Positions 1 to 15,170 of a DNA stretch of 64,000 nt are shown here, piece by piece; position 1 is the stretch's first letter, and each line of letters starts with the position of its first letter. Origin of the DNA: Eledone cirrhosa. Taxonomy: Eukaryota. The translations under genes and the position numbers were made by a program. Location of the stretch: positions 319,114,001 through 319,178,000 of the forward strand of contig OZ024740.1 of the NCBI GenBank assembly GCA_964016885.1, in the 5' to 3' direction. The notes below the pieces were generated by a model. That model had not been told where the DNA came from. It worked only from the letters and a program-made list of their open reading frames with translations, and searched no databases.

Positions 1-3000
1 CTATTTCTACAACTTACATTCTATCTGACATTCTAACGACTCTAACAATTCGAAGTATTTCTGCTACAATACTCACAACAAATAATCCAGGATTGTCTCG
101 TCTATTTCCACAACTTACATTCTATCTGATATTCTAACGACTCTACCAATTCGAAGTCTTTCTACTACAATACTAACTTTAAACAATCCAGGATTGTCTC
201 CTCTATTTCCACAACTTACATTCTATCTGACATTGAAACGACTCTACCAATTCGATGTCTTTGTACTACAATACTCACAAAAAAATAATCCAGGATTGTA
301 TCGTCTATTTTCACAACTTACATTCTATCTGATATTCTAACGACTCTACCAATTCAAAGTCTTTCTACTACAATATTCACAACAAATATTCCAGGATTGT
401 CTCGTCTATTTCCACAACTTACATTCTATCTGACATACTAACGACTCTACCAATTCGAAGTCTTTCTACTACAATACTAACTTTAAACAATCCAGGATTG
501 TCTCCTCTATTTCCACATCTTACATTCTATCTGACATTGAAACGACTCTACCAATTCGATGTCTTTGTACTACAATACTCACAAAAAAATTATCCAGGAT
601 TGTATCGCCTATTTCCACAACTTACATTCTATCTGACATTCTAACGACTCTACCAATTCGCTGTATTTCTACTACAATACTAACTTCAATTAGTCCAGGA
701 TTGACTCATCTATTTCCACAACTTACATTATATCTGATATTCGAAAGACTCTACCAATTAGAAGTCTTTCTACTACAATACTAACAACAAATAATCCAGG
801 ATTGTCTCGTCTATTTCCACAACTTACATTCTATCTGACATTCTAACGACTCTACCAATTCGAAGTTTTTCTACTACAATACTCACAACAAATAATCCAG
901 GATTGTCTCATCTATTTCCACAACTTACATTCTATCTGACATTCTAACGACTCTACCAATTCGATGTGTTTCTACTACAATAGTCACAACAAATAATCCA
1001 GGATTGTCTCGTCTATCTCCAGACCTTACATTCTATCTGACATTCTAACGACTCTACCAGTTTGCTGTATTTCTATTACAATACTAACTTCAAATAATCC
1101 AGGATTGTCCCGTCTACTTCCACAACTTACATTCTATCTGACATTCAAACGACTCTACCAATTCGAAGTCTTTCTCCTACAATACTAACGTCAAATAATC
1201 CAGGATTGTCTCCTCTATTTCCACAACTTACATTCTATCTGACATTCTAACGACTCTACCAATTCGATGTCTTTCTACTACAATACTCACAACAAATAAT
1301 CCAGGATTGTATCGTCTATTTCTACAACTTACATTCTATCTGACATTCAAACGACTCTAACAATTCGAAGTATTTCTGCTACAATACTCACAACAAATAA
1401 TCCAGGATTGTCTCGTCTATTTCCACAACTTACATTCTATCTGATATTCTAACGACTCTACCAATTCGAAGTCTTTCTACTACAATATTCACAACAAATA
1501 TTCCAGGATTGTCTCGTCTATTTCCACAACTTACATTCTATCTGACATACTAACGACTCTACCAATTCGAAGTCTTTCTACTACAATACTAACTTTAAAA
1601 AATCCAGGATTGTCTCCTCTATTTCCACATCTTACATTCTATCTGACATTGAAACGACTCTACCAATTCGATGTCTTTGTACTACAATACTCACAAAAAA
1701 ATAATCCAGGATTGTATCGTCTATTCCACAACTTACATTCTATCTGACATTCTAACGACTCTACCAATTCGCTGTATTTCTACTACAATACTAACTTCAA
1801 TTAGTCCAGGATTGACTCATCTATTTCCACAACTTACATTCTATCTGACATTCTAACGACTCAACCAATTCGATGTGTTTCTACTACAATACTCACAACA
1901 AATAATCCAGGATTGTATCGTCTATTTCTACAACTTACATTCTATCTGACATTCTAACGACTCTAACAATTCGAAGTATTTCTGCTACAATACTCACAAC
2001 AAATAATCCAGGATTGTCTCGTCTATTTCCACAACTTACATTCTATCTGATATTCTAACCACTCTACCAATTCGAAGTCTTTCTCCTACAATACTAACGT
2101 CAAATAATCCAGGATTGTCTCCTCTATTTCCACAACTTACATTCTATCTGACATTCTAACGACTCTACCAATTCGATGTCTTTCTACTACAATACTCACA
2201 ACAAATAATCCAGGATTGTCTCCTCTATTTCCACAACTTACATTCTATCTGACATTCTAACGACTCTACCAATTCGATGTCTTTCTACTACAATACTCAC
2301 AACAAATAATCCAGGATTGTATCGTCTATTTCTACAACTTACATTCTATCTGACATTCTAACGACTCTAACAATTCGAAGTATTTCTGCTACAATACTCA
2401 CAACAAATAATCCAGGATTGTCTCGTCTATTTCCACAACTTACATTCTATCTGATATTCTAACCACTCTACCAATTCGAAGTCTTTCTACTACAATACTA
2501 ACTTTAGACAATCCAGGATTGTCTCCTCTATTTCCACAACTTACATTCTATCTGACATTGAAACGACTCTACCAATTCGATGTCTTTGTACTACAATACT
2601 CACAAAAAAATAATCCAGGATTGTATCGTCTATTTCCACAACTTACATTCTATCTGATATTCTAACGACTCTACCAATTCGAAGTCTTTCTACTAAAATA
2701 TTCACAACAAATATTCCAGGATTGTCTCGTCTATTTCCACAACTTACATTCTATCTGACATACTAACGACTCTACCAATTCGAAGTCTTTCTACTACAAT
2801 ACTAACTTTAAACAATCCAGGATTGTCTCCTCTATTTCCACATCTTACATTCTATCTGACATTGAAACGACTCTACCAATTCGATGTCTTTGTACTACAA
2901 TACTCACAAAAAAATAATCCAGGATTGTATCGCCTATTTCCACAACTTGCATTCTATCTGACATTCTAACGACTCTACCAATTCGCTGTATTTCTACTAC

Positions 3001-3660
3001 AATACTAACTTCAATTAGTACAGGATTGACTCATCTATTTCCACAACTTACATTATATCTGATATTCGAAAGACTCTACCAATTAGAAGTCTTTCTACTA
3101 CAATACTAACAACAAATAATCCAGGATTGTCTCGTCTATATCTACAACTTACATTCTATCTGACATTCTAACGACTCTACCAATTCGAAGTCTTTCTACT
3201 ACAATACTCACAACAAATAATCCAGGATTGTCTCATCTATTTCCACAACTTACATTCTATCTGACATTCTAACGACTCTACCAATTCGATGTGTTTCTAC
3301 TACAATACTCACAACAAATAATCCAGGATTGTCTCGTCTATCTCCAGACCTTACATTCTATCTGACATTCTAACGACTCTACCAGTTTGCTGTATTTCTA
3401 TTACAATACTAACTTCAAATAATCCAGGATTGTCCCGTCTATTTCCACAACTTACATTCTATCTGACATTCAAACGACTCTACCAATTCGAAGTCTTTCT
3501 CCTACAATACTAACGTCAAATAATCCAGGATTGTCTCCTCTATTTCCACAACTTACATTCTATCTGACATTCTAACGACTCTACCAATTCGATGTCTTTC
3601 TACTAAAATACTCACAACAAATAATCCAGGATTGTATCGTCTATTTCTACAACTTACATT
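1..3660 (+). repeat. Higher-order duplication, 23-monomer offset (2325 bp)
   Basis: Rare variants cgaaagactctaccaattagaag at 742/3067 and tgtcccgtcta at 1106/3431, both 2325 bp apart. Confidence 0.8.
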
Positions 3661-6600
3661 CTATCTGATATTCTAACGACTCTACCAATTCGCTGTATTT
3701 CTACTACAATACTAACTTCAAATAATCCAGGATTGTCTCGTCTACTTCCACAATTTACATTGTATCTGATATTCTAACGACTCTACCAATTCGAAGACTT
3801 TCTACTACAATACTCACAACAAATAATCCAGGATTGTCTCGTCTATTTCCACAACTTACATTCTATCTGACATTCAATCGACTCTATCAATTTGAAGTCT
3901 TTCTACTACAATACTAACGTCAAATAATCCAGGATTGTATAGTCTGTTTCTACAACTTACATTCTATCTGACATTCTAACGACTCTACCAATTCGAAGTC
4001 TTTCTGCTACAATACTCACAACAAATAATCCAGGATTGTCTCGTCTATTTCCACACCTTACATTCTATCTGACATTCTAACGACTCTAGCTATTTGCTGT
4101 ATTTCTACTACAATACTCACAGCAAATAATCCAGCATTGTCTCGTCTATTTCCACAACTCACATTCTATCTGACATTCTAACGACTCTATCAATTCGAAG
4201 TCTTTCTACTACAATACTAACGTCAATTAATCCAGGATCGTCTCGTCTATTTCCACAACTTACATTATATCTCACATTCTAACGAGTCTACCAATTCGCT
4301 GTATTTCTACTACAATACTCACAACAAATAAACCAGGATTGTCTCGTCTATTTCCACAACTTACATTCTATCTGACATACTAACGACTCTACCAATTCGC
4401 TGTATTTCTACTACAATACTAACTTCAAATAATCCAGGATTGTATCAGCTATTTCCACAACTTACATTCTATCTGACATTCTAACGACTCTACCAATTCG
4501 CTGTCTTTCTACTACAATACTAACAACAAATAATCTAGGATTGTCTCGTCTATTTCCACAACTTACATTCTATCTGATATTCGAACGACTCTACCAATTC
4601 GAAGTCTTTCTACTACAATACTAACAACAAATAATCCAGGATTGTCTCGTCTATCTCCAGACCTTACATTCTATCTGACATTCTAACAACTCTACCAGTT
4701 CGCCGTATTTCTACTACAATACTCACAACAAATATTCCAGGATTGTCTCGTCTATTTCCACAACTTACATTCTATCTGATATTCGAACGACTCTACCAAT
4801 TCGAAGTCTTTCTACTACAATACTAACGTCAAATAATCCAGGATTGTCTCCTCTATTTCTACAACTTACATTCTATCTGACATTCTAACGACTCTACCAA
4901 TTCGCTGTATTTCTACTACAATACTAACTTCAAATAATCCAGGATTGTCTCGTCTATTTCCACAACTTACATTCTATCTGATATTCTAACGACTCTACCA
5001 ATTCGATGTCTTTCTACTACTATACTCACAAAAAATATTCCAGGATTGTCTCGTCTATTTCCACAACTTACTTCTATCTCACATTCTAACGTGTCTACCA
5101 ATTCGCTGAATTTCTACTACAATACTCTCAACAAATAATCCACGACTGTCTCGTCTATTTCCACAATTTACATTCTATCTGACATTCTAACGACTCTACC
5201 AATTCGAAATCTTTCTACTACAATACTCACAACAAACAATCCAGGATTGTCTCGTCTATTTCTACAACTTACATTCTATGTGACATTCAAACGACTCTAT
5301 CAATTCGAAGTCATTCTACAACAATACTAACGTCAAATAATCCAGGATTGTCTCGTCTACTTCCACAACTTACATTCTATCTGACATTCAAACGACTCTA
5401 TCAATTCGAAGTCTTTCTACTACAATACTAACTTTAAATAATCCAGGATTGTCTCGTCTATTTCCACAACTTACTTTCTATCTGACATTCTAACGACTCT
5501 ACCAATTCGAAGTCTTTCTACTACAATACTCACAACAAATATTCCAGGATTGTCTCGTCTATTTCCACAACTTACATTCTATCTGACATTCTAACGACTC
5601 TACTAATTCGAAGTCTTTCTACTACAATACTAACTTTAAATAATCCAGGATTGTCTCCTCTATCTCCACAACTTACAAATTATCTGAAATTCTAACGACT
5701 CTACGAATTCGCTGTATTTCTACTACAATACTCACAACAAATAATCCAGGATTGTATAGTCTATTTCTACAACTTACGTTTTATCTGACATTCTAACGAC
5801 TCTACCAATTCGAAGTCTTTCTGCTACAATACTCACAACAAATAATCCAGGATTGTCTCGTCTATTTCCACACCTTACATACTATCTGACATTCTAACGA
5901 CTCTACGAATTCGCTGTATTTCTACTACAATACTCACAACAAATAATCCAGCATCGTCTCGTCTATTTCCACAACTCACATTATATTTGACATTCTAACG
6001 ACTCTATCAATTCGACGTCTTTCTACTACAATACTAACGTCAAATAATCCAGGATCGTCTCGTCTATTTCCACAACTTACATTCTATCTGACATTCTAAC
6101 GACTCTACTAATTCGAAGTCTTTCTACTACAATACTAACAACAAATATTCTAGGATTGTCTCGTCTATTTCCACAACTTACATTTTATCTGACATTCTAA
6201 CGACTCTACCAATTCGAAGTCTTTCTACTACAATATTCACAACAAATAATCCAGGATTGTATCGTCTATTTCTACAACTTACATTCTATCTGACATTCTA
6301 ACGACTCTACCAATTCGATGTGTTTCTACTACAATACTCACAACAAATAATCCAGGATTGTCTCGTCTATCTCCAGACCTTACATTCTATCTGACATTCT
6401 AACGACTCTACCATTTCGCTGTATTTCTACTACAATACTAACTTCAAATAATCCAGGATTGTCTCGTCTATTTCCACAACTTACATTCTATCTGACATTC
6501 AAACGACTCTACCAATTCGAAGTCTTTCTACTACAATACTAACGTCAAATAATCCAGGATTGTCTCCTCTATTTCCACAACTTATATTCTATCTGACGTT

Positions 6601-6859
6601 CTAACGACTCTACCAATTCGATGTCTTTCCACTACAATACTCACAACAAATAATCCAGGATTGTCTCGTCTATTTCCACAACTTACATTCTATCTGACAT
6701 ACTAACGACTCTACCAATTCAAAGTCTTTCTACTACACTACTAACTTTAAACAATCCAGGATTGTCTCCTCTATTTCCACAACTTACATTCTATCTAACA
6801 TTGAAACGACTCTACCAATTCGCTGTAATTCTACTACAATACTAACTTCAATTAGTCCA

Positions 6860-9800
6860 GGATTGTCTCATCTATTTCCACAACTTACATTCTATCTGAT
6901 ATTCGAACGACTCTACCAATTCGAAGTCTTTCTATTACAATACTCACAACAAATAATCCAGGATTGTCTCGTCTATTTCCACAACTTACATTCTATCTGT
7001 CATTCTAACGACTCTACGAATTCGAAGTCTTTCTACTACAATGCTCACAACAAATAATCCACGACTGTCTCGTCTATTTCCACAACTTACATTCTATCTG
7101 ATATTTGAACGACTCTACCAATTCGAAGTCTTTCTACTACAATACTAACAACAAATAATGTAGGATTGTCTCGTCTATTTCCACAACTTACGTTCTATCT
7201 GACATTCTAACGACTCTACGAATTCGCTGTCTTTCTACTACAATGCTCACAACAAATAATCCACGACTGTCTCGTCTATTTCTACAATTTACATTCTAAC
7301 TGACATTCTAACGACTCTACCAATTCGAAGTCTTTCTACTACAATACTCACAACAAACAATCCAGGATTGTCTCGTCTATTTCTACAACTTACATTCTAT
7401 GTGACATTCAAACGACTCTATCAATTCGAAGTCATTCTACAACAATACTAACGTCAAATAATCCAGGATTGTCTCGTCCATTTCCACAACTTACATTCTA
7501 TCTGACATTCTAACGACTCTACGAAATCGAAGTCTTTCTACTACAATACTCACAACAAATAATCAAGGATTGTATCGTCTATTTCCACAACTTACATTCT
7601 ATCTGACATTCTAACGACTCTACCAATTCGAAGTCTATCTACTACAGTACTCACAACAAATAATCCAGGATTGTCTCGTCTATTTCCACACCTTACATTG
7701 TATCTGACATTCTAACGACTCTACGAATTCGCTGTATTTCTACTACAATACTCACAACAAATAATCCAGGATTGTCTCGTCTATTTCCACAACTTACATT
7801 CTATCTGAAATACTAACGACTCTACCAATTCAAAGTCTTTCTACTACAATACTAACTTTAAACAATCCAGGATTGTCTCCTCTATTTCCACAACTTACAT
7901 TCTATCTAACATTGAAACGACTCTACCAATTCGATGTCTTTGTACTACAATACTCACAAAAAATAATCAAGGATTGTATCGTCTATTTCCACAACTTACA
8001 TTCTATCTGACATTCTAACGACTCTACCAATTCGAAGTCTATCTACTACAGTACTCACAACAAATAATCCAGGATTGTCTCGTCTATTTCCACACCTTAC
8101 ATTATATTTGACATTCTAACGACTCTATCAATTCGAAGTCTTTCTACTACAATACTAACGTCAAATAATCCAGGATTGTCTCGTCTATTTCCACAACTTA
8201 CATTCTATCTGACATTCTAACGACTCTACCAATTCGATGTGTTTCTACTACAATACTCACAACAAATAATCCAGGATTGTCTCGTCTATCTCCAGACCTT
8301 ACATTCTATCTGACATTCTAACGACTCTACCATTTCACTGTATTTCTACTACAATACTAACTTCAAATAATCCTGGATTGTCTCGTCTATTTCCACAGCT
8401 TACATTCTATCTGAGATTCAAACGACTCTACCAATTCGAAGTCTTTCTACTACAATACTAACGTCAAATAATCCAGGATTGTCTCCTCTATTTCCACAAC
8501 TTACATTCTATCTGACATTCTAACGACTCTACCAATTCGATGTCTTTCCACTACAATACTCACAACAAATAATCCAGGATTGTATCGTCTATTTCTAGAA
8601 CTTACATTATATCTGACATTCTAACGACTCTACCAATTCGAAGTATTTCTGCTACAATACTCACAACAAATAATCCAGGATTGCCTCGTTTATTTCCACA
8701 CCTTACATTCTATCCGACATTCTAACGACTCTACCAATTCGCTGTATTTCTACTACAATACTAACTTCAAATAATCCAGGATTGTCTCGTCTATTTCCAC
8801 AACTTACATTCTATCTCACATTCTAACGTGTCTACCAATTCGCTGAATTTCTACTACAATACTCTCAACAAATAAACCAGGATTGTCTCGTCTATTTCCA
8901 CAACTTACATTCTATCTGAAATACTAACGACTCTACCAATTCAAAGTCTTTCTACTACAATACTAACTTTAAACAATCCAGGATTGTCTCCTCTATTTCC
9001 ACAACTTACATTCTATCTAACATTGAAACGACTCTACCAATTCGATGTCTTTGTACTACAATACTCACAAAAAAAAATCCAGGATTGTATCGTCTATTTC
9101 CACAACTTACATTCTGTCTGACATTCTAACGACTCTACCAATTTGCTGTATTTCTACTACAATACTAACTTCAATTAGTCCAGGATTGTCTCATCTATTT
9201 CCACAACTTACATTCTATCTGATATTCGAACGACTCTACCAATTCGAAGTCTTTCTACTACAATACTAACAACAAATAATGCAGGATTGTCTCGTCTATT
9301 TCCACAACTTACGTTCTATCTGACATTCTAACGACTCTACCAATTCGAAGTCTTTCTATTACAATACTCACAACAAATGATCCAGGATTGTCTCGTCTAT
9401 TTCCACAACTTACATTCTATCTGACATTCTAACGACTCTACGAATTCGCTGTCTTTCTACTACAATGCTCACAACAAATAATCCACGACTGTCTCGTCTA
9501 TTTCCACAACTTACATTCTATCTGACATTCTAACGACTCTACCAATTCGAAATCTTTCTACTACAATACTCACAACAAACAATCTAGGATTGTCTCGTCT
9601 ATTTCTACAACTTACATTATATGTGACATTCAAACGACTCTATCAATTCGAAGTCTTTCTACAACAATACTAACGTCAAATAATCCAGGATTGTCTCGTC
9701 CATTTCCACAACTTACATTCCATCTGACATTCTAACGACTCTACGAATTCGAAGTCTTTCTACTACAATACTCACAACAAATAATCAAGGATTGTATCGT

Positions 9801-12800
9801 CTATTTCCACAACTTACATTCTATATGACATTCTAACGTCTCTACCAATTCGAAGTCTATCTACTACAATACTCACAACAAATATTCCAGGATTTTCTCG
9901 TCTATTTCCACAACTTACATTCTATCTGACATTCTAACGACTCTACCAATTCGAAGTCTTTCTACTACAATACTAACTTTAAATAATCCAGGATTGTCTC
10001 CTCTATTTCCACAACTTACATATTATCTGAAATTCTAACGACTCTACCAATTCGCTGTATTTCTACTACAATACTCACAACAAATAATCCAGGATTGTAT
10101 AGTCTATTTCTACAACTTACATTTTATCTGACATTCTAACGACTCTACCAATTCGAAGTCTTTCTGCTACAATACTCACAACAAATAATCCAGGATTGTC
10201 TCGTCTATTTCCACACCTTACATTCTATCTGACATTCTAACGACTCTACCAATTCGCTGTATTTCTACTACAATACTCACAACAAATAACCCAGCATCGT
10301 CTCGTCTATTTCCACAACTCACATTCTATCTGACATTCTAACGACTCTACCAATTCGAAGTCTTTCTACTACAATACTAACAACAAATAATCTAGGATTG
10401 TCTCGTCTATTTCCACAACTTACATTTTTTCTGACATTCTAACGACTCTACCAATTCGAAGTCTTTCTATTACAATACTCACAACAAATAATCCAGGATT
10501 GTCTCGTCTATTTCCACAACTTACATTCTATCTGACATTCTAACGACTCTACGAATTCGCTGTCTTTCTACTACAATGCTCACAACAAATAATCCACGAC
10601 TGACTCGTCTATTTCAACAACTTACATTCTATCTGACATTCTAACGACTCTACCAATTCGAAATCTTTCTACTACAATACTCACAACAAACAATCCAGGA
10701 TTGTCTCGTCTATTTCAACAACTTACATTCTATGTGACATTCAAACGACTCTATCAATTCGAAGTCTTTCTACAACAATACTAACGTCAAATAATCCAGG
10801 ATTGTATCGTCTATTTCCACAACTTACATTCTATCTGACATTCTAACGACTCTACGAATTCGCTGTCTTTCTACTACAATGCTCACAACAAATAATCCAC
10901 GACTGTCTCGTCTATTTCCACAACTTACATTCTATATGACATTCTAACGTCTCTACCAATTCGAAGTCTATCTACTACAGTACTCACAACAAATAATCCA
11001 GGATTGTCTCGTCTATTTCCACACCTTACATTCTATCTGATATTCGAACGACTCTACCAATTCGAAGTCTTTCTATTACAATACTCACAACAAATAATCC
11101 AGGATTGTCTCGTCTATTTCCACAACTTACATTCTATCTGTCATTCTAACGACTCTACGAATTCGCTGTCTTTCTACTACAATGCTCACAACAAATAATC
11201 CACGACTGTCTCGTCTATTTCCACAACTTACATTCTATCTGATATTTGAACGACTCTACCAATTCGAAGTCTTTCTACTACAATACTAACAACAAATAAT
11301 GTAGGATTGTCTCGTCTATTTCCACAACTTACGTTCTATCTGACATTCTAACGACTCTACGAATTCGCTGTCTTTCTACTACAATGCTCACAACAAATAA
11401 TCCACGACTGTCTCGTCTATTTCTACGATTTACATTCTAACTGACATTCTAACGACTCTACCAATTCGAAATCTTTCTACTACAATACTCACAACAAACA
11501 ATCCAGGATTGTCTCGTCTATTTCTACAACTTACATTCTATGTGACATTCAAACGACTCTATCAATTCGAAGTCATTCTACAACAATACTAACGTCAAAT
11601 AATCCAGGATTGTCTCGTCCATTTCCACAACTTACATTCTATCTAACATTCTAACGACTCTACGAAATCGAAGTCTTTCTACTACAATACTCACAACAAA
11701 TAATCAAGGATTGTATCGTCTATTTCCACAACTTACATTCTATCTGACATTCTAACGACTCTACCAATTCGAAGTCTATCTACTACATTACTCACAACAA
11801 ATAATCCAGGATTGTCTCGTCTATTTCCACACCTTACATTCTATCTGACATTCTAACGACTCTACGAATTCGCTGTATTTCTACTACAATACTCACAACA
11901 AATAATCCAGGATTGTATAGTCTATTTCCACAACTCACATTATATTTGACATTCTAACGACTCTATCAATTCGAAGTCTTTCTACTACAATACTAACGTC
12001 AAATAATCCAGGATTGTCTCGTCTATTTCCACAACTTCCATTCTATCTGACATTCTAACGACTCTACCATTTCGCTGTATTTCTACTACAATACTAACTT
12101 CAAATAATCCTGGATTGTCTCGTCTATTTCCACAACTTACATTCTATCTGACATTCAAACGACTCTACCAATTCGAAGTCTTTCTACTACAATACTAACG
12201 TCAAATAATCCAGGATTGTCTCCTCTATTTCCACAACTTACATTCTATCTGACATTCTAACGACTCTACCAATTCGATGTCTTTCCACTACAATACTCAC
12301 AACAAATAATCCAGGATTGTATCGTCTATTTCTAGAACTTACATTATATCTGACATTCTAACGACTCTACCAATTCGAAGTCTTTCTGCTACAATACTCA
12401 CAACAAATAATCCAGGATTGCCTCGTTTATTTCCACACCTTACATTCTATCCGACATTCTAACGACTCTACCAATTCGCTGTATTTCTACTACAATACTA
12501 ACTTCAAATAATCCAGGATTGTCTCGTCTATTTCCACAACTTACATTCTATCTGATATTCTAACGACTCTACCAATTCGAAGTCTTTCTACTACAATTCT
12601 CACAACAAATAATCCAGGATTGTCTCGTTTTTTTCCACAACTTACATTCTATCTCACATTCTAACGTGTCTACCAATTCGCTGAATTTCTACTACAATAC
12701 TCTCAACAAATAAACCAGGATTGTCTCGTCTATTTCCACAACTTACATTCTATCTGAAATACTAACGACTCTACGATTCAAAGTCTTTCTACTACAATAC

Positions 12801-15170
12801 TAACTTTAAACAATCCAGGATTGTCTCCTCTATTTCCACAACTTACATTCTATCTAACATTGAAACGACTCTACCAATTCGATGTCTTTGTACTACAATA
12901 CTCACAAAAAATAATCCAGGATTGTATCGTCTATTTCCACAACTTACATTCTGTCTGACATTCTAACGACTCTACCAATTTGCTGTATTTCTACTACAAT
13001 ACTAACTTCAATTAGTCCAGGATTGTCTCATCTATTTCCACAACTTACATTCTATCTGATATTCGAACGACTCTACCAATTCGAAGTCTTTCTACTACAA
13101 TACTAACAACAAATAATGCAGGATTGTCTCGTCTATTTCCACAACTTACGTTCTATCTGACATTCTAACGACTCTACCAATTCGAAGTCTTTCTATTACA
13201 ATACTCACAACAAATAATCCAGGATTGTCTCGTCTATTTCCACAACTTACATTCTATCTGACATTCTAACGACTCTACGAATTCGCTGTCTTTCTACTAC
13301 AATGCTCACAACAAATAATCCACGACTGTCTCGTCTATTTCCACAACTTACATTCTATCTGACATTCTAACGACTCTACCAATTCGAAATCTTTCTACTA
13401 CAATACTCACAACAAACAATCTAGGATTGTCTCGTCTATTTCTACAACTTACATTATATGTGACATTCAAACGACTCTATCAATTCGAAGTCTTTCTACA
13501 ACAATACTAACGTCAAATAATCCAGGATTGTCTCGTCCATTTCCACAACTTACATTCTATCTGACATTCTAACGACTCTACGAATTCGAAGTCTTTCTAC
13601 TACAATACTCACAACAAATAATCAAGGATTGTATCGTCTATTTCCACAACTTACATTCTATATGACATTCTAACGTCTCTACCAATTCGAAGTCTATCTA
13701 CTACAGTACTCACAACAAATAATCCAGGATTGTCTCGTCTATTTCCACAACTTACATTTTATCTGACATTCAAACGACTCTATCAATTCGAAGTCTTTCT
13801 ACTACAATACTAACGTCAAATAATCCAGGATTTTCTCGTCTATTTCCACAACTTACTTTCTATCTGACATTCTAACGAGTCTACCAATTCGAAGTCTTTC
13901 CACTACAATACTCACAACAAATATTCCAGGATTGTCTCGTCTATTTCCACAACTTACATTCTATCTGACATTCAAACGACTCTATCAATTCGAAGTCTTT
14001 CTACTACAATACTAACGTCAAATAATCCAGGATTGTCTCGTCTATTTCCACAACTTACTTTCTATCTGACATTCTAACGACTCTACCAATTCGAAGTCTT
14101 TCTACTACAATACTAACTTTAAATAATCCAGGATTGTCTCCTCTATTTCCACAACTTACATATTATCTGAAATTCTAACGACTCTACCAATTCGCTGTAT
14201 TTCTACTACAATACTCACAACAAATAATCCAGGATTGTATAGTCTATTTCTACAACTTACATTTTATCTGACATTCTAACGACTCTACCAATTCGAAGTC
14301 TTTCTGCTACAATACTCACAACAAATAATCCAGAATTGTCTCGTCTATTTCCACACCTTACATTCTATCTGACATTCTAACGACTCTACCAATTCGCTGT
14401 ATTTCTACTACAATACTCACAACAAATAATCCAGCATCGTCTCGTCTATTTCCACAACTCACATTCTATCTGACATTCTAACGACTCTACCAATTCGAAG
14501 TCTTTCTACTACAATACTAACAACAAATAATCTAGGATTGTCTCGTCTATTTCCACAACTTACATTTTATCTGACATTCTAACGACTCTACCAATTCGAA
14601 GTCTTTCTATTACAATACTCACAACAAATAATCCAGGATTGTCTCGTCTATTTCCACAACTTACATTCTATCTGACATTCTAACGACTCTACGAATTCGC
14701 TGTCTTTCTACTACAATGCTCACAACAAATAATCCACGACTGTCTCGTCTATTTCCACAACTTACATTCTATCTGACATTCTAACGACTCTACCAATTCG
14801 AAATCTTTCTACTACAATACTCACAACAAACAATCCAGGATTGTCTCGTCTATTTCTACAACTTACATTCTATGTGACATTCAAACGACTCTATCAATTC
14901 GAAGTCTTTCTACAACAATACTAACGTCAAATAATCCAGGATTGTATCGTCTATTTCCACAACTTACATTCTATCTGACATTCTAACGACTCTACGAATT
15001 CGCTGTCTTTCTACTACAATGCTCACAACAAATAATCCACGACTGTCTCGTCTATTTCCACAACTTACATTCTATATGACATTCTAACGTCTCTACCAAT
15101 TCGAAGTCTATCTACTACAGTACTCACAACAAATAATCCAGGATTGTCTCGTCTATTTCCACACCTTACA
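6860..15170 (+). repeat. Higher-order tandem duplication, ~41 monomers (4141 bp) with internal whole-monomer indels
   Basis: gtaggattg at 7160/11301 and tacgaaatcg at 7520/11661 (4141); tctagaac at 8594/12331 and ccgacatt at 8714/12451 (3737); ccagcatcgt at 10291/14431 (4140). Confidence 0.8.

Noticed and set aside
49-65. CENP-B box (starts with TTCG)
   Set aside because: The downstream A..CGGG core is absent from the consensus on either strand.
1671-1856. 61-aa ORF
   Set aside because: Lies wholly in satellite monomers. The 101-bp period cycles the frame and small indels remove stops by chance; no recognisable protein.
6863-7057. 64-aa ORF
   Set aside because: Chance frame in the repeat with a non-ATG (ttg) start; its twin at 11004 only reflects the 4141-bp duplication.
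9045-9269. 74-aa ORF
   Set aside because: Translation of ~2 monomers opened by a poly-A variant; the same peptide fragments recur everywhere broken by stops.
11004-11198. 64-aa ORF
   Set aside because: Duplicate of the 6863 chance ORF within the HOR.
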